55,214 nucleotides of DNA from Candidatus Magasanikiibacteriota bacterium. GTDB taxonomy: Bacteria; Patescibacteriota; Patescibacteriia; Magasanikbacterales; UBA922. The translations under genes were made by a program, and so were the position numbers. Location: positions 1-55,214 of the forward strand of contig PBBY01000007.1 in NCBI GenBank assembly GCA_002716765.1, in the 5' to 3' direction. Under the pieces are notes generated by a model, which was not told the origin of the DNA, ran no database searches, and worked only from the letters and a program-made list of their open reading frames with translations. Below are positions 39,614-48,269 of the stretch, piece by piece; the stretch's first letter is position 1; each line of letters starts with the position of its first letter.

Positions 39614-40201
39614 ATGAAGGACATTGTTATCTTATTGGGAGTTCCAGGAAGTGGAAAGGGGACTCAAGCACAGAACCTTATTAATAAATTTGGTTATTGT
39701 CATATTTCTACTGGAAACTTATTGCGAGAATTAGAGAAAAAGCAACATCTAACCGAATTAGAGAAGGCGGAGTTAGAAAAAATGCATAATGGTATGCTTG
39801 TTTCTGATGAGTTTATTTACACCCTGGTATTTGATGCTATTTTAGCTTGTGTTAACCAAAAAGGAAAGGTTATTTTAGATGGTGCCATTAGAACACTAGA
39901 ACAAGCAAAACGCTATCATGACTTTTTTGTTACAAATAATATAGTAGAACATATTTCTGCTGTTGAATTACATATTCCAGACACAGTTATAGAAGAGCGG
40001 CTACGGATTCGCATAGAAAGTGGAGAAGGAAGAGACGACGACAAAGATCCCGAAGCAATAAAACATAGAATTTTACTTCAAGGGAATACCGCCCTGGCTC
40101 CGATTGTTGATTTTTATAAACAAAAAGGACTATTGCAGTCAGTAGATGGTACACAATCAATTGGTAGCGTATTCACATTACTTTGTGATGCAATACGATA
40201 A
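39614..40201 (+). CDS. adk: Adenylate kinase (short-lid form)
   Basis: P-loop LGVPGSGKGTQA; start moved to ATG 39614. Confidence 0.9.
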   Translation: MKDIVILLGVPGSGKGTQAQNLINKFGYCHISTGNLLRELEKKQHLTELEKAELEKMHNGMLVSDEFIYTLVFDAILACVNQKGKVILDGAIRTLEQAKRYHDFFVTNNIVEHISAVELHIPDTVIEERLRIRIESGEGRDDDKDPEAIKHRILLQGNTALAPIVDFYKQKGLLQSVDGTQSIGSVFTLLCDAIR

Positions 40202-40567
40202 AATACAGAATTAAACAATAGTTCAAGGTTTAACTCAACTCTATTTCATTTACTTCGTTGAAGAGTTCTTATGGTGCGTAATAGTGATTGTTTAAATAAA
40301 CTAAAAATTGTTTAAGAATTTTTTCAGGGATCAGTATGAGGCTTTTTCTATCGTAGAATCACAATGTGCTAGGTTTAAATTAATACGACTTTTTTGCACC
40401 ATTTTTTTGAGTGCTGGTGGCCACTGCATGTCTTTGGTGCTAGTAGTGTGTTGCGACATAGTCGATGGATAAGACGGTGTATTTACACTGTTTTTTATTA
40501 TATTTTATCAAAAATTGTTTATATTAAGCTAATTAAATAAATTGTATACAAATAAAACTTGACAAAA

Positions 40568-40596
40568 TAATATATATAGTATACACTAAAAACTGT
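40568..40596 (+). promoter_or_regulatory. Promoter TTGACA-17-TACACT
   Basis: -35 at 40568-40573, -10 at 40591-40596. Confidence 0.5.
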
Positions 40597-40628
40597 TCTT
40601 TAATACTTTAAAAAAAGAAAGGAAAATA

Positions 40629-41588
40629 GTGAGCACCTTACAAAATCAAGTAGCTGGTGATCAGTGTGACTTCCAGGTTTTTCAGTCTGGTCTAGAATCT
40701 GACACACTTTGTTACGTAAATCAAGAAAAAGCAACCTGTTCGCTTCGGAGAGTGCGAAGTCGTAACGTAAGTTTTCAAAAAAAACTTGTCACCCGCCCAC
40801 GTATGGGAATTCGTAAGCCTAATCGGCACGCCAGAAAAGATCGCCACAAAACCAAAATAGCCCTAAAACACGCTTTTCAGCTAGATTGGTGTGAAAATGG
40901 TCATCATGAAGGTCCTGAAGACGAATCTCATCAGGGTATTCAAGTGGACCGAGGTTTCATTCTGTTGGAAACGATTCCGTTGTTGCAAAAAATGCGCCCA
41001 AGAGGTCGGTACGTAAGATACACTGATCTGAATGAGTATTTTGCTCCGCTTAAGAAATTTCTTCAAACTCGTGTTGGAAGTAAATGGGATAAAGTCTATT
41101 CTGAAATTTGTTCTAGAGTACATTTAGGTTCTGCAGTGTCAGAGCACATTCTTCAACACTTGTCGGATTTTGTTTTTTTTAGTCATGACCAGTCTTTGTT
41201 GGACTATATTTTTCTGTTCGACTATTATGTAGACAATGAAGGGTTTCTTAGAAAGGTATCAGACCTACTTATAAAAGTAGAAACTCCTGTTCGCAGTACT
41301 TCTCCTGATTTTTTTATTGACAAAGGCGGGGCACTTCGTATACGTCGAGAGACCGATAATCTTTGGTTTCAAGTGGTCTGGGTTCCTTACCGTCCTTATG
41401 CAAGGCGTCGTCGTTGTGGTTTGTTTGGTGGCGGGTTTAGAGGTCTTCCTGAATCTATAAAAGAGTTTTTGGGATCGCCACGCAAAGGTATTCCATCTTT
41501 TAACCTTCGTGGACGCTACCTTGTGGTAAAACATTCTAAGGGAAAGGAATCTGTTTTTCCAGTGCTGCGTAGTGCTAGTGCTCCTTAA
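40629..41588 (+). CDS. Orphan protein with highly basic N- and C-terminal regions
   Basis: GTG start after GAAAGGA. Arg/Lys-rich stretches (RRVRSRNVSFQKK..RKPNRHARKDRHKTK; PYARRRRCGLFGGGFRG). No recognised domain. Confidence 0.55.
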   Translation: MSTLQNQVAGDQCDFQVFQSGLESDTLCYVNQEKATCSLRRVRSRNVSFQKKLVTRPRMGIRKPNRHARKDRHKTKIALKHAFQLDWCENGHHEGPEDESHQGIQVDRGFILLETIPLLQKMRPRGRYVRYTDLNEYFAPLKKFLQTRVGSKWDKVYSEICSRVHLGSAVSEHILQHLSDFVFFSHDQSLLDYIFLFDYYVDNEGFLRKVSDLLIKVETPVRSTSPDFFIDKGGALRIRRETDNLWFQVVWVPYRPYARRRRCGLFGGGFRGLPESIKEFLGSPRKGIPSFNLRGRYLVVKHSKGKESVFPVLRSASAP

Positions 41589-41667
41589 GTTTAAACTGGT
41601 CTGCACCATTAGTTGAATTTTTTGAGATAAGGATTCAGCCTGCTGTTAACAAGTTATTTTAAGTTTA

Positions 41668-41693
41668 CACCACCCAGTTTGGGTGGTTTTTTA
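41668..41693 (+). terminator. Intrinsic terminator
   Basis: CCACCC-agttt-GGGTGG followed by TTTTTTATTT. Confidence 0.65.
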
Positions 41694-41707
41694 TTTCATG
41701 TTAATCC

Positions 41708-41736
41708 TTGCACATAATATTCTTTTTTGCTAGTAT
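41708..41736 (+). promoter_or_regulatory. Promoter TTGCAC-17-TAGTAT
   Basis: -35 at 41708-41713, -10 at 41731-41736. Confidence 0.4.
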
Positions 41737-41811
41737 GGAAGTGAGTGGTGCGACATATTTTTGTTTGTTTTGGTACTCTCCACTTTTTTCTGCTCTTTTT
41801 TTGGAGGAACT

Positions 41812-42228
41812 ATGTCTCAAGACGATGCGACACCTGATGAAAATAAACCGAACACTACTGTACAACTTCGGTACAGGTGGAACGAACTTTTAACACTTGA
41901 AGGAGTTACTAATATTGATTTGGCGGACTATCCAGCTGTATGGAAAGCAATACAAGATAATCCTCGACTGCTTGAGGATGGTGTCGTTGAGTTGTTGGAA
42001 AGTTCTGGTGTTCCATTAACAGCATTTGACACCGAGGTCATTGTGCGCCAAATACCAGTGGAACATTCTGCCATTGCTCCTGGGGCAAAAGAAAGGTTTG
42101 TTCCAGAATTTTATGATATAAAGATACCTGTATGGGTTTGGAGAAAAGTCTTTGTTCCTTGGGACATGGCACATAATAATTGTTCGAACCTCTCTACGGA
42201 CAATACTGACAGCAGTGAAGAGGGGTAG
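41812..42228 (+). CDS. Orphan acidic protein (138 aa)
   Basis: Strong SD GGAGGA 4 nt before ATG 41812; no recognised domain. Confidence 0.55.
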   Translation: MSQDDATPDENKPNTTVQLRYRWNELLTLEGVTNIDLADYPAVWKAIQDNPRLLEDGVVELLESSGVPLTAFDTEVIVRQIPVEHSAIAPGAKERFVPEFYDIKIPVWVWRKVFVPWDMAHNNCSNLSTDNTDSSEEG

Positions 42229-42247
42229 TATTTTACGTACTTGCTTT

Positions 42248-42270
42248 GCCCGAATATTCGGGCTTTTTTT
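42248..42270 (+). terminator. Intrinsic terminator
   Basis: GCCCGAATATTCGGGC followed by T7. Confidence 0.65.
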
Positions 42271-42323
42271 ATATTACGTATACCAATTGCTTTTTTGTAT
42301 TTTTTGGTATACACTACTTGTAT

Positions 42324-43139
42324 ATGAGCTATATAAAAACACAAGAAGAAATCCAGTATATCCTTGATGGGGGAAAAATACTCGGAGAAATTTTAGACCA
42401 TCTCTCAACTTTGGCAGTTGCCGGAGCTAATGCTTTTGATATTGACGCTACTGCCGAACGGTTAATTCGCGAAGCTGGTGGAAGACCAGCATTTAAAGGC
42501 TACAGGCAAAGTAAGCGAGATCCAAAATTTCCATCAACCATTTGTGCGTCAAAAAATGAGGAAATTGTTCACGGTGTTGCAACAAAAGATAAAGTATTGC
42601 AGGATGGAGATATTTTTAGTATGGATATTGGTATGCAGTGGCCAATGAACTGCGGAAAAGGTGAGCGCGGTAATGGTTTTTTTACCGACACTGCAATTAC
42701 GGTGGCTGTTGGGAATATTGATCCAAAAATAACACAATTACTATCGGTAACAAAAAAGTCACTTGAAATCGGTATTAATCAAATGCAAATTGGCAATACT
42801 GTAGCAGATATTGGGCAAAAAATAGAGCAATATATTGCACCACAAGGATATGGTATTGTCCGTCAACTTTCTGGCCATGGTGTTGGTCACGGTGTGCACG
42901 AAGATCCATATGTACCAAATTATCATGACCCAAGTTTGACGGAATGGAAAATAGAGCCGGGTGTAGTGTTAGCGGTTGAGCCAATGATAACTATGGGAAC
43001 TCATGAAATAGAAGTGTTAGATGACGACTGGACCATTGTTTCCAAAGACAGAAAGCTAAGTGCGCATTTTGAGCACACTATTGTTGTTACAGAAAATGGA
43101 CCAGAAGTTGCCACCAGAAGACCGAGCGAAAAGAAATGA
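42324..43139 (+). CDS. map: Methionine aminopeptidase, type I
   Basis: HGVGHGVHEDP; FSMDIG; LAVEPM. Start moved to ATG 42324. Confidence 0.9.
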   Translation: MSYIKTQEEIQYILDGGKILGEILDHLSTLAVAGANAFDIDATAERLIREAGGRPAFKGYRQSKRDPKFPSTICASKNEEIVHGVATKDKVLQDGDIFSMDIGMQWPMNCGKGERGNGFFTDTAITVAVGNIDPKITQLLSVTKKSLEIGINQMQIGNTVADIGQKIEQYIAPQGYGIVRQLSGHGVGHGVHEDPYVPNYHDPSLTEWKIEPGVVLAVEPMITMGTHEIEVLDDDWTIVSKDRKLSAHFEHTIVVTENGPEVATRRPSEKK

Positions 43140-43140
43140 T

Positions 43141-43530
43141 ATGAATATTTTAGGTATTGATTTTGGGACAAAACGCATTGGTTTAGCCTGGGTACAAACG
43201 GGACTCGACGTAATTTTGCCATTTGGTGTGGTTGAACAAGTTCCTGGTCGAACTATTCCAGAAAAACTTCTTTCTTTGATTGAAAAAGAAAATATTAATA
43301 CACTTGTTATTGGTCTGCCTCTTACCTTAGAAGATGGCACAGAAAATCCAAACACAAAGCGTGTTCGTGTTTTTGGTGATGCCATAGAAAAAGCTACTGG
43401 TTTACCGGTTGTTTTTGTTGACGAAAGACTGACCTCTTTTGAGGCAGATGAAATGGGTGGCGAAGCGAGTCGCGACGAAAAAGCGGCAATGGTTATTTTG
43501 CAAGAGTATACACAAGAACACCATTCTTAG
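43141..43530 (+). CDS. ruvX: YqgF/RuvX putative pre-16S rRNA nuclease / Holliday junction resolvase-like
   Basis: MNILGIDFGTKRIGLA N-terminus; DERLTS motif. Confidence 0.85.
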   Translation: MNILGIDFGTKRIGLAWVQTGLDVILPFGVVEQVPGRTIPEKLLSLIEKENINTLVIGLPLTLEDGTENPNTKRVRVFGDAIEKATGLPVVFVDERLTSFEADEMGGEASRDEKAAMVILQEYTQEHHS

Positions 43531-43544
43531 AATAGTAAAAATAT

Positions 43545-44273
43545 ATGATGTCCGGTATTGTTTTGGCACGAACCGATTTTCGTGAATATGATCAGATTAT
43601 AACTATCTATACAAAAACGCGCGGCAAGCAATCATTTATTGCTCGCGGTGTAAAAAGAAGTACAAGTAAAAACACGTCTCTTTTATTGGAATTTTCTTCT
43701 ATTACTTTTGGTACTGTTTCTGGAAAAGAATGGCAATACATTACCAATGTGCATCGAGAAAACTATTTTACCGGAATTCGAAATAATATCCAAAAGAGTG
43801 TGTATGCCGGCATCGCTATTCGCGGAATAGAAAGAATGTTGAAACATAATGAACAAGACGAGCTCTTGTTTGGTTTTTTTTACTCATGGCTTTTAGTGTT
43901 AGATCAAACAAAAAGTTGTTCCAGTATTATATTGGATTATTTTTTCCTTCAAGTATTATCCTTTCTTGGTTTTTCTCCAGAACTGGAAAGATATGGTGAC
44001 TCAGAACAAATGGTGAAAAATGAATCAGCTTTTTTTTCATTCTCTTCAGGATGCTTTTTGTATAATACAGAAGATATAGAGCAAACAGTCAAGTACGGCT
44101 TTGTTCTTTCATGTAGTGCTAGACGGGTATTACTACAACTTCAAAAAGGTGTAGTACAGGATGTGTCAAATAGTGTGGTAAAAGAGGTTCACAGCTTTGT
44201 GTATGCATTTGCCTGTTTTTGCCTAGAAACACCACTTTTAGACTGGAAAATGGCCGAAAAATGGCTGGATTAG
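43545..44273 (+). CDS. recO: DNA repair protein RecO
   Basis: RecO-like N-terminal OB fold (IVLARTDFREYDQIITIYT). Confidence 0.75.
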   Translation: MMSGIVLARTDFREYDQIITIYTKTRGKQSFIARGVKRSTSKNTSLLLEFSSITFGTVSGKEWQYITNVHRENYFTGIRNNIQKSVYAGIAIRGIERMLKHNEQDELLFGFFYSWLLVLDQTKSCSSIILDYFFLQVLSFLGFSPELERYGDSEQMVKNESAFFSFSSGCFLYNTEDIEQTVKYGFVLSCSARRVLLQLQKGVVQDVSNSVVKEVHSFVYAFACFCLETPLLDWKMAEKWLD

Positions 44274-44290
44274 CTGATTCCTGAAAATAC

Positions 44291-44319
44291 TTGACGAATT
44301 ACCTTTTTTGTTATATACT
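44291..44319 (+). promoter_or_regulatory. Promoter TTGACG-17-TATACT
   Basis: -35 at 44291-44296, -10 at 44314-44319. Confidence 0.55.
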
Positions 44320-44351
44320 ATTCCTACATTATTTTATTTGATTACACGCAT

Positions 44352-44507
44352 ATGTCTCAAGACGCAATGATTAAAATGCAATGCACAGAATGTAAACATA
44401 CCAATTATTTTTCTCGAAAAAATAAGAAAACCATAAAAGACCGCTTGGAATTAAAAAAGTTTTGTAAGTTTTGTAAAAAACATGCATTGCACAAAGAGTC
44501 AAAATAA
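44352..44507 (+). CDS. rpmG: 50S ribosomal protein L33 (51 aa; absent from the ORF track)
   Basis: Hand translation [51 protein letters not shown]; CxxC...[14 protein letters not shown] pattern of L33. Confidence 0.85.
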   Translation: MSQDAMIKMQCTECKHTNYFSRKNKKTIKDRLELKKFCKFCKKHALHKESK

Positions 44508-44553
44508 GGTACCCTAAAAGCAGCAATTATGCTGTTTTTTTGATGAACTATAT

Positions 44554-45378
44554 ATGAAGAAAACAATTATCACATTGGTAAAAAGTCTATACGATTTTGA
44601 GTGGATTGGGAGGCAAAAACATAATACTACGCAAGCAAAAAAAACCATTACGCTATTTATTGGGTTAGTTTTTGTGGTAGTTTGTGTAAATATGTACATG
44701 ACCGTGTCACATGTATTACACAAAATAAAACATGAGATTGAAGTAAACACAACAGATTTTGTATTTACAAGTGAAAATAATGAAGTAACAGTTTCTGGAT
44801 TAGAACAACCTGCTATTCATTCATTTTTTCTTGGAAAAGGTTTAGAAAAAGAGGGGGCTGATAATATTCTTTTTGTTATAGACACTGTTTCCGAAGATCC
44901 AAAAATAGTAGATTATAAGACTGATGATAAAGATCATATAGTTCTTCTCTCAAAAAAAGAATTTTTACATTACGATGCGTTTCACAAAACAACGCAAGAG
45001 GTTGAAGTTGAGTTTGGGAGCCAAACAATGACAAAAAAAGATATTTTAGACATGGCGGATTTGGCGATTTCAAGAACAATTTTTATTACTCTGTTACTCT
45101 CATTTTTTTCGGTACTTCTTATGTTTTTGTGGAAATTTGTTCATCTTCTTGTGTTGGTCTATATCATTTATTTATATACAAAGAAAACGTGGGCGTTTTC
45201 ACAATTGTACACAATTGGATTGTATGCAATTATTTTTCCTACTATATTACTATCTGTAATACATACATTTGCAATTGTAATTCCATACGGGTATACGATT
45301 GTGTTGGTGATTATACTTATGTTGGCACTCCGATCAGTAAAAAAATTACCAGAAAATAGTGTGAAAGATGTGTCCTAA
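44554..45378 (+). CDS. Polytopic membrane protein, unknown function
   Basis: One N-terminal and several C-terminal hydrophobic helices; no motif recognised. Confidence 0.6.
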   Translation: MKKTIITLVKSLYDFEWIGRQKHNTTQAKKTITLFIGLVFVVVCVNMYMTVSHVLHKIKHEIEVNTTDFVFTSENNEVTVSGLEQPAIHSFFLGKGLEKEGADNILFVIDTVSEDPKIVDYKTDDKDHIVLLSKKEFLHYDAFHKTTQEVEVEFGSQTMTKKDILDMADLAISRTIFITLLLSFFSVLLMFLWKFVHLLVLVYIIYLYTKKTWAFSQLYTIGLYAIIFPTILLSVIHTFAIVIPYGYTIVLVIILMLALRSVKKLPENSVKDVS

Positions 45379-45395
45379 ATAATAGTATGTTCTCG

Positions 45396-45431
45396 TAAGA
45401 CAGAGAGTCTTTCCTTCTGTCTTATTATTTT
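45396..45431 (+). terminator. Intrinsic terminator
   Basis: 9-bp stem TAAGACAGA/TCTGTCTTA, 11-nt loop, then TTATTTTT. Confidence 0.55.
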
Positions 45432-45456
45432 TACTTATTGTGTGTAATATAAATCT

Positions 45457-46671
45457 ATGAAAAATACACTTAATTCAATTACACAAGCTATTGCAGATAT
45501 TGCTGCAGGAAAAGTGGTTATTGTGGTAGATGATGAGAATCGTGAAAATGAGGGAGATTTTGTGGCGGCTGCCCAAAAAGCGAGCCCAGAAATGATTAAT
45601 TTTATGGCAACACATGGTCGTGGACTTATTTGTGCGCCAATCGCAGAAAAAAGAGTCGAAGAGTTGGGGTTAGATATGATGGTGGGAAAAAATACTGACC
45701 CACATCAAACACAGTTTACTGTTTCTGTAGATTGTGTTGGAAATGGGTGTACCACAGGGATTTCTGCAAGTGACAGGGCAAAAACAGTGCAGGCATTGGT
45801 AGATCCACACACCAAACCACATGATTTGGGAAGGCCGGGTCATATTTTTCCACTAAAAGCCCGTGATGGCGGGGTATTACGGAGAACTGGGCACACCGAA
45901 GCAGCTGTTGACCTTGCGCGTTTGGCAGGGCTAGAGCCAGCCGGAGTTATTGTAGAGATAATGAATGAAGATGGGACTATGGCACGGTTACCGCAACTCT
46001 ATGCCATTGCAAAAAAGCATAACCTGTCTATTATCTCTATTGAGGATTTAGTTGCATATAGAATGAAAAATGAGAGTCTTATTGAAAAAATGGAACAGGT
46101 TGCATTGCCAACCGCATATGGAGATTTTACTCTTACCGCGTACAAGCAAACCAATAATAATCGTATTCATATTGCATTACACAAAGGGGAGTGGCAAAAA
46201 AATGAGCCCGTATTAGTGCGAGTGCATTCTTCGTGCATTACCGGAGATATTTTTGGGTCATGCCGCTGTGATTGTGGCGAGCAATTACACACTGCAATGG
46301 AAATGGTAGAAAAAGAAGAAAAAGGTGTGATTGTGTATATGAACCAAGAAGGAAGAGGTATTGGATTCATTAATAAGCTTAGGGCATATTCCCTTCAAGA
46401 AAAAGGGTTTGATACTGTGGAAGCCAATGAAAAGCTTGGGTTTAAACCAGACGAAAGGGATTATGGTGTGGGGGCACAAATTTTGCGTGATTTGGGAGTA
46501 AGTTCTTTGCGTCTATTAACAAATAATCCAAAAAAACGAGCTGGTTTATTGGGGTATGGTCTGGAGATTCTAGAAAATGTGCGCATTGAGATGCCGGTAA
46601 ACAGACATAATGAGCAGTATTTAACAACAAAAAAGGAAAAAATGGGACATGCACTCTTTTTAAATAGATAA
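45457..46671 (+). CDS. ribBA: Bifunctional 3,4-dihydroxy-2-butanone-4-phosphate synthase / GTP cyclohydrolase II
   Basis: [11 protein letters not shown] (RibB) and [20 protein letters not shown] (RibA Zn site). Confidence 0.9.
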   Translation: MKNTLNSITQAIADIAAGKVVIVVDDENRENEGDFVAAAQKASPEMINFMATHGRGLICAPIAEKRVEELGLDMMVGKNTDPHQTQFTVSVDCVGNGCTTGISASDRAKTVQALVDPHTKPHDLGRPGHIFPLKARDGGVLRRTGHTEAAVDLARLAGLEPAGVIVEIMNEDGTMARLPQLYAIAKKHNLSIISIEDLVAYRMKNESLIEKMEQVALPTAYGDFTLTAYKQTNNNRIHIALHKGEWQKNEPVLVRVHSSCITGDIFGSCRCDCGEQLHTAMEMVEKEEKGVIVYMNQEGRGIGFINKLRAYSLQEKGFDTVEANEKLGFKPDERDYGVGAQILRDLGVSSLRLLTNNPKKRAGLLGYGLEILENVRIEMPVNRHNEQYLTTKKEKMGHALFLNR

Positions 46672-46719
46672 AACCCCTCTTGCGTTTTAGTGTATTCTCG
46701 TGTATTCTATTGAGTACAT

Positions 46720-46790
46720 GGGCGCGTCGGTTAATGGTAAACCACTGGTCTCCAAAACCAGAACTGTAGGTTCGATTCCTACCGCGCCTG
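46720..46790 (+). tRNA. tRNA-Trp (anticodon CCA)
   Basis: GGGCGCG/CGCGCCT acceptor (G1-U72), GGTT/AACC D stem, CTGGT-CTCCAAA-ACCAG, GTAGG-TTCGATT-CCTAC. Confidence 0.85.
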
Positions 46791-46811
46791 CAAAACTGTC
46801 GCAAGACGGAG

Positions 46812-46820
46812 TTATCCACA
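46812..46820 (+). promoter_or_regulatory. Perfect DnaA-box 9-mer TTATCCACA, 6 nt upstream of a -35 element
   Basis: Exact consensus; same geometry as the box at 9470. Confidence 0.5.
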
Positions 46821-46826
46821 TAATAC

Positions 46827-46855
46827 TTGACAAAAATATTTTGGGAGTGTATAGT
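46827..46855 (+). promoter_or_regulatory. Promoter TTGACA-17-TATAGT
   Basis: -35 at 46827-46832, -10 at 46850-46855. Confidence 0.55.
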
Positions 46856-46960
46856 AGTTTTACTTAATGCAAATGACTTGCGTTGAGTATATCGTTAGAA
46901 CATGGTTGATCTATACAACTATTGTTCACTTACACAATTCAATGAAAAAAGGAGTATTTG

Positions 46961-47857
46961 ATGGATCAAATGCCAAAAGCCGACAAAACAAACCATGCGG
47001 TCAGTGTTGTTGATAATCAGTTTCGTCTGCCAAAAGCCGACAAAACAAACCATGCGGTCAGTGTTGTTGATAATCAGTTTCTTCGCACCATTTGGGGTCC
47101 TTTTCTGCCAGGAGACATAGGTGTTATAAGAGAAGTGTACCCAGAGATTCCGCTAGATTTTATCGAAAAACTCACAGCTATAGACGGAGATCATGTTGAG
47201 TTAATTCCAGCAGCACGACTTCTGGAAGTGTTAATTCCTATAGAGTTAGTTGCTCGCTATTTACGGAATGAGTACTCTCAGATTAAACGTGGAATTGGAG
47301 ATATTAACATCGTCGCTAACCCTTTGAGCATTCTTTCCTTTGTGGATGGAGTTGTAAAACGTGTCATAACCCCAGAGACCGAGTTAATGCACAAGCCTGC
47401 AGAAAAGCTAGCCCTCAGAACCGGCGCGCTTGAAAAAGTGAACATGCTTTTAGACCGTTACTTTGGTCTGGAGCTGGCGTATGGTTGCAGCTGCTGTGCA
47501 CTGGTGTTTAAAAAAGAAGACCGTGAAGCAGTGCTTGCAAGTCAGTATTATCAAAAAAGAGAGCAGCAAGGTAGACACTGGGATAGCGATGTGCTTGCAG
47601 CGACCGGAAATCTTTATGGTCCTGTCCCGATTGCAGAGGTGCCAAGTGTTTTTCTGGAAAATTCTGTTGACTTTGGTCAAGAAGAGAAAGATAGTTATAT
47701 ACGCTTTTCTCAGACTGCTCAGCGCTGTATCGACGAACATCCGGATAATTCCCTCAATTTAAATAAGTGGTACAATCGTGCTGCCTGTTTTATAGGGGGA
47801 CAGTGCCAAAAGCATGGGGATCATTGTCCATTACCGCCTGTTCAGGATTACACATAA
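46961..47857 (+). CDS. Orphan protein A (298 aa) with an N-terminal duplicated 19-aa unit and a Cys-rich C-terminus
   Basis: SD AAAGGAG; PKADKTNHAVSVVDNQF twice; CSCC and CFIGGQCQKHGDHC clusters; no recognised domain. Confidence 0.6.
   Translation: MDQMPKADKTNHAVSVVDNQFRLPKADKTNHAVSVVDNQFLRTIWGPFLPGDIGVIREVYPEIPLDFIEKLTAIDGDHVELIPAARLLEVLIPIELVARYLRNEYSQIKRGIGDINIVANPLSILSFVDGVVKRVITPETELMHKPAEKLALRTGALEKVNMLLDRYFGLELAYGCSCCALVFKKEDREAVLASQYYQKREQQGRHWDSDVLAATGNLYGPVPIAEVPSVFLENSVDFGQEEKDSYIRFSQTAQRCIDEHPDNSLNLNKWYNRAACFIGGQCQKHGDHCPLPPVQDYT
46971..47084 (+). repeat. Tandem in-frame duplication, 2 x 57 bp (one mismatch near the unit end)
   Basis: Units start at 46971 and 47028; the first 53 nt of each unit are identical. 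Confidence 0.9.
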
Positions 47858-47904
47858 CATCCTACGCACATTTGATCGCGCGTTGAATTTTTAAGGAGTG
47901 TTTG

Positions 47905-47940
47905 CCGGAGTTAGACTATTGTGTTTTCTCCGGTGTTTTT
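47905..47940 (+). terminator. Hairpin plus T-tract after orphan A
   Basis: CCGGAG-N17-CTCCGG followed by TGTTTTT. Confidence 0.4.
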
Positions 47941-47954
47941 ATATATTTTTTACT

Positions 47955-48269
47955 ATGTTTACTTCTATTTTTTTTACCGCTTTTACTATTAGTTCTTTGT
48001 CGATTGGTTTTGCAACATTTTTGGGAGACCATCCAGCAATAAAAAAACGTTTGAAGGGTATAAGCAAATTTTTTGTTTGTGGCATTTGTCAGATGTTTTG
48101 GTTTTCTCTGTTTGTATTTTTGTTAGACATGCCGGTTATTTCAAAAAATCCTCAAATCAATTTTCTTGTAGTTTGGCAAACAACAGCTTTTTTTGGGTAT
48201 GTTTTTCGGTATGGTTTTTTGGTTATACTCGAGTCTGTAAAATGGCTTATTAAAAAAAATAATGTATGA
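47955..48269 (+). CDS. Small 3-TM membrane protein, DUF1360-like (CxxCxxxW)
   Basis: FFVCGICQMFWFSLF motif. TATATT (47942-47947) lies 7 nt before the ATG. ATGA overlap with the next gene. Confidence 0.5.
   Translation: MFTSIFFTAFTISSLSIGFATFLGDHPAIKKRLKGISKFFVCGICQMFWFSLFVFLLDMPVISKNPQINFLVVWQTTAFFGYVFRYGFLVILESVKWLIKKNNV

Noticed and set aside
40596-40612. boxA-like sequence CTGTTCTTTAATAC upstream of the 40629 orphan
   Set aside because: It is only a partial match to the GCTCTTTAACAA-type boxA, and it is not located in an rRNA leader. Most likely coincidental in AT-rich DNA.
45379-45456. FMN riboswitch upstream of ribBA
   Set aside because: The spacer is only 78 nt and is mostly occupied by the terminator of the preceding gene. 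No FMN-aptamer-like conserved segments are visible.
46971-47084. Possible DGR template/variable repeat pair or CRISPR repeat
   Set aside because: There are only two adjacent in-frame copies with no adenine-specific mismatches. The window contains no reverse transcriptase or cas gene.
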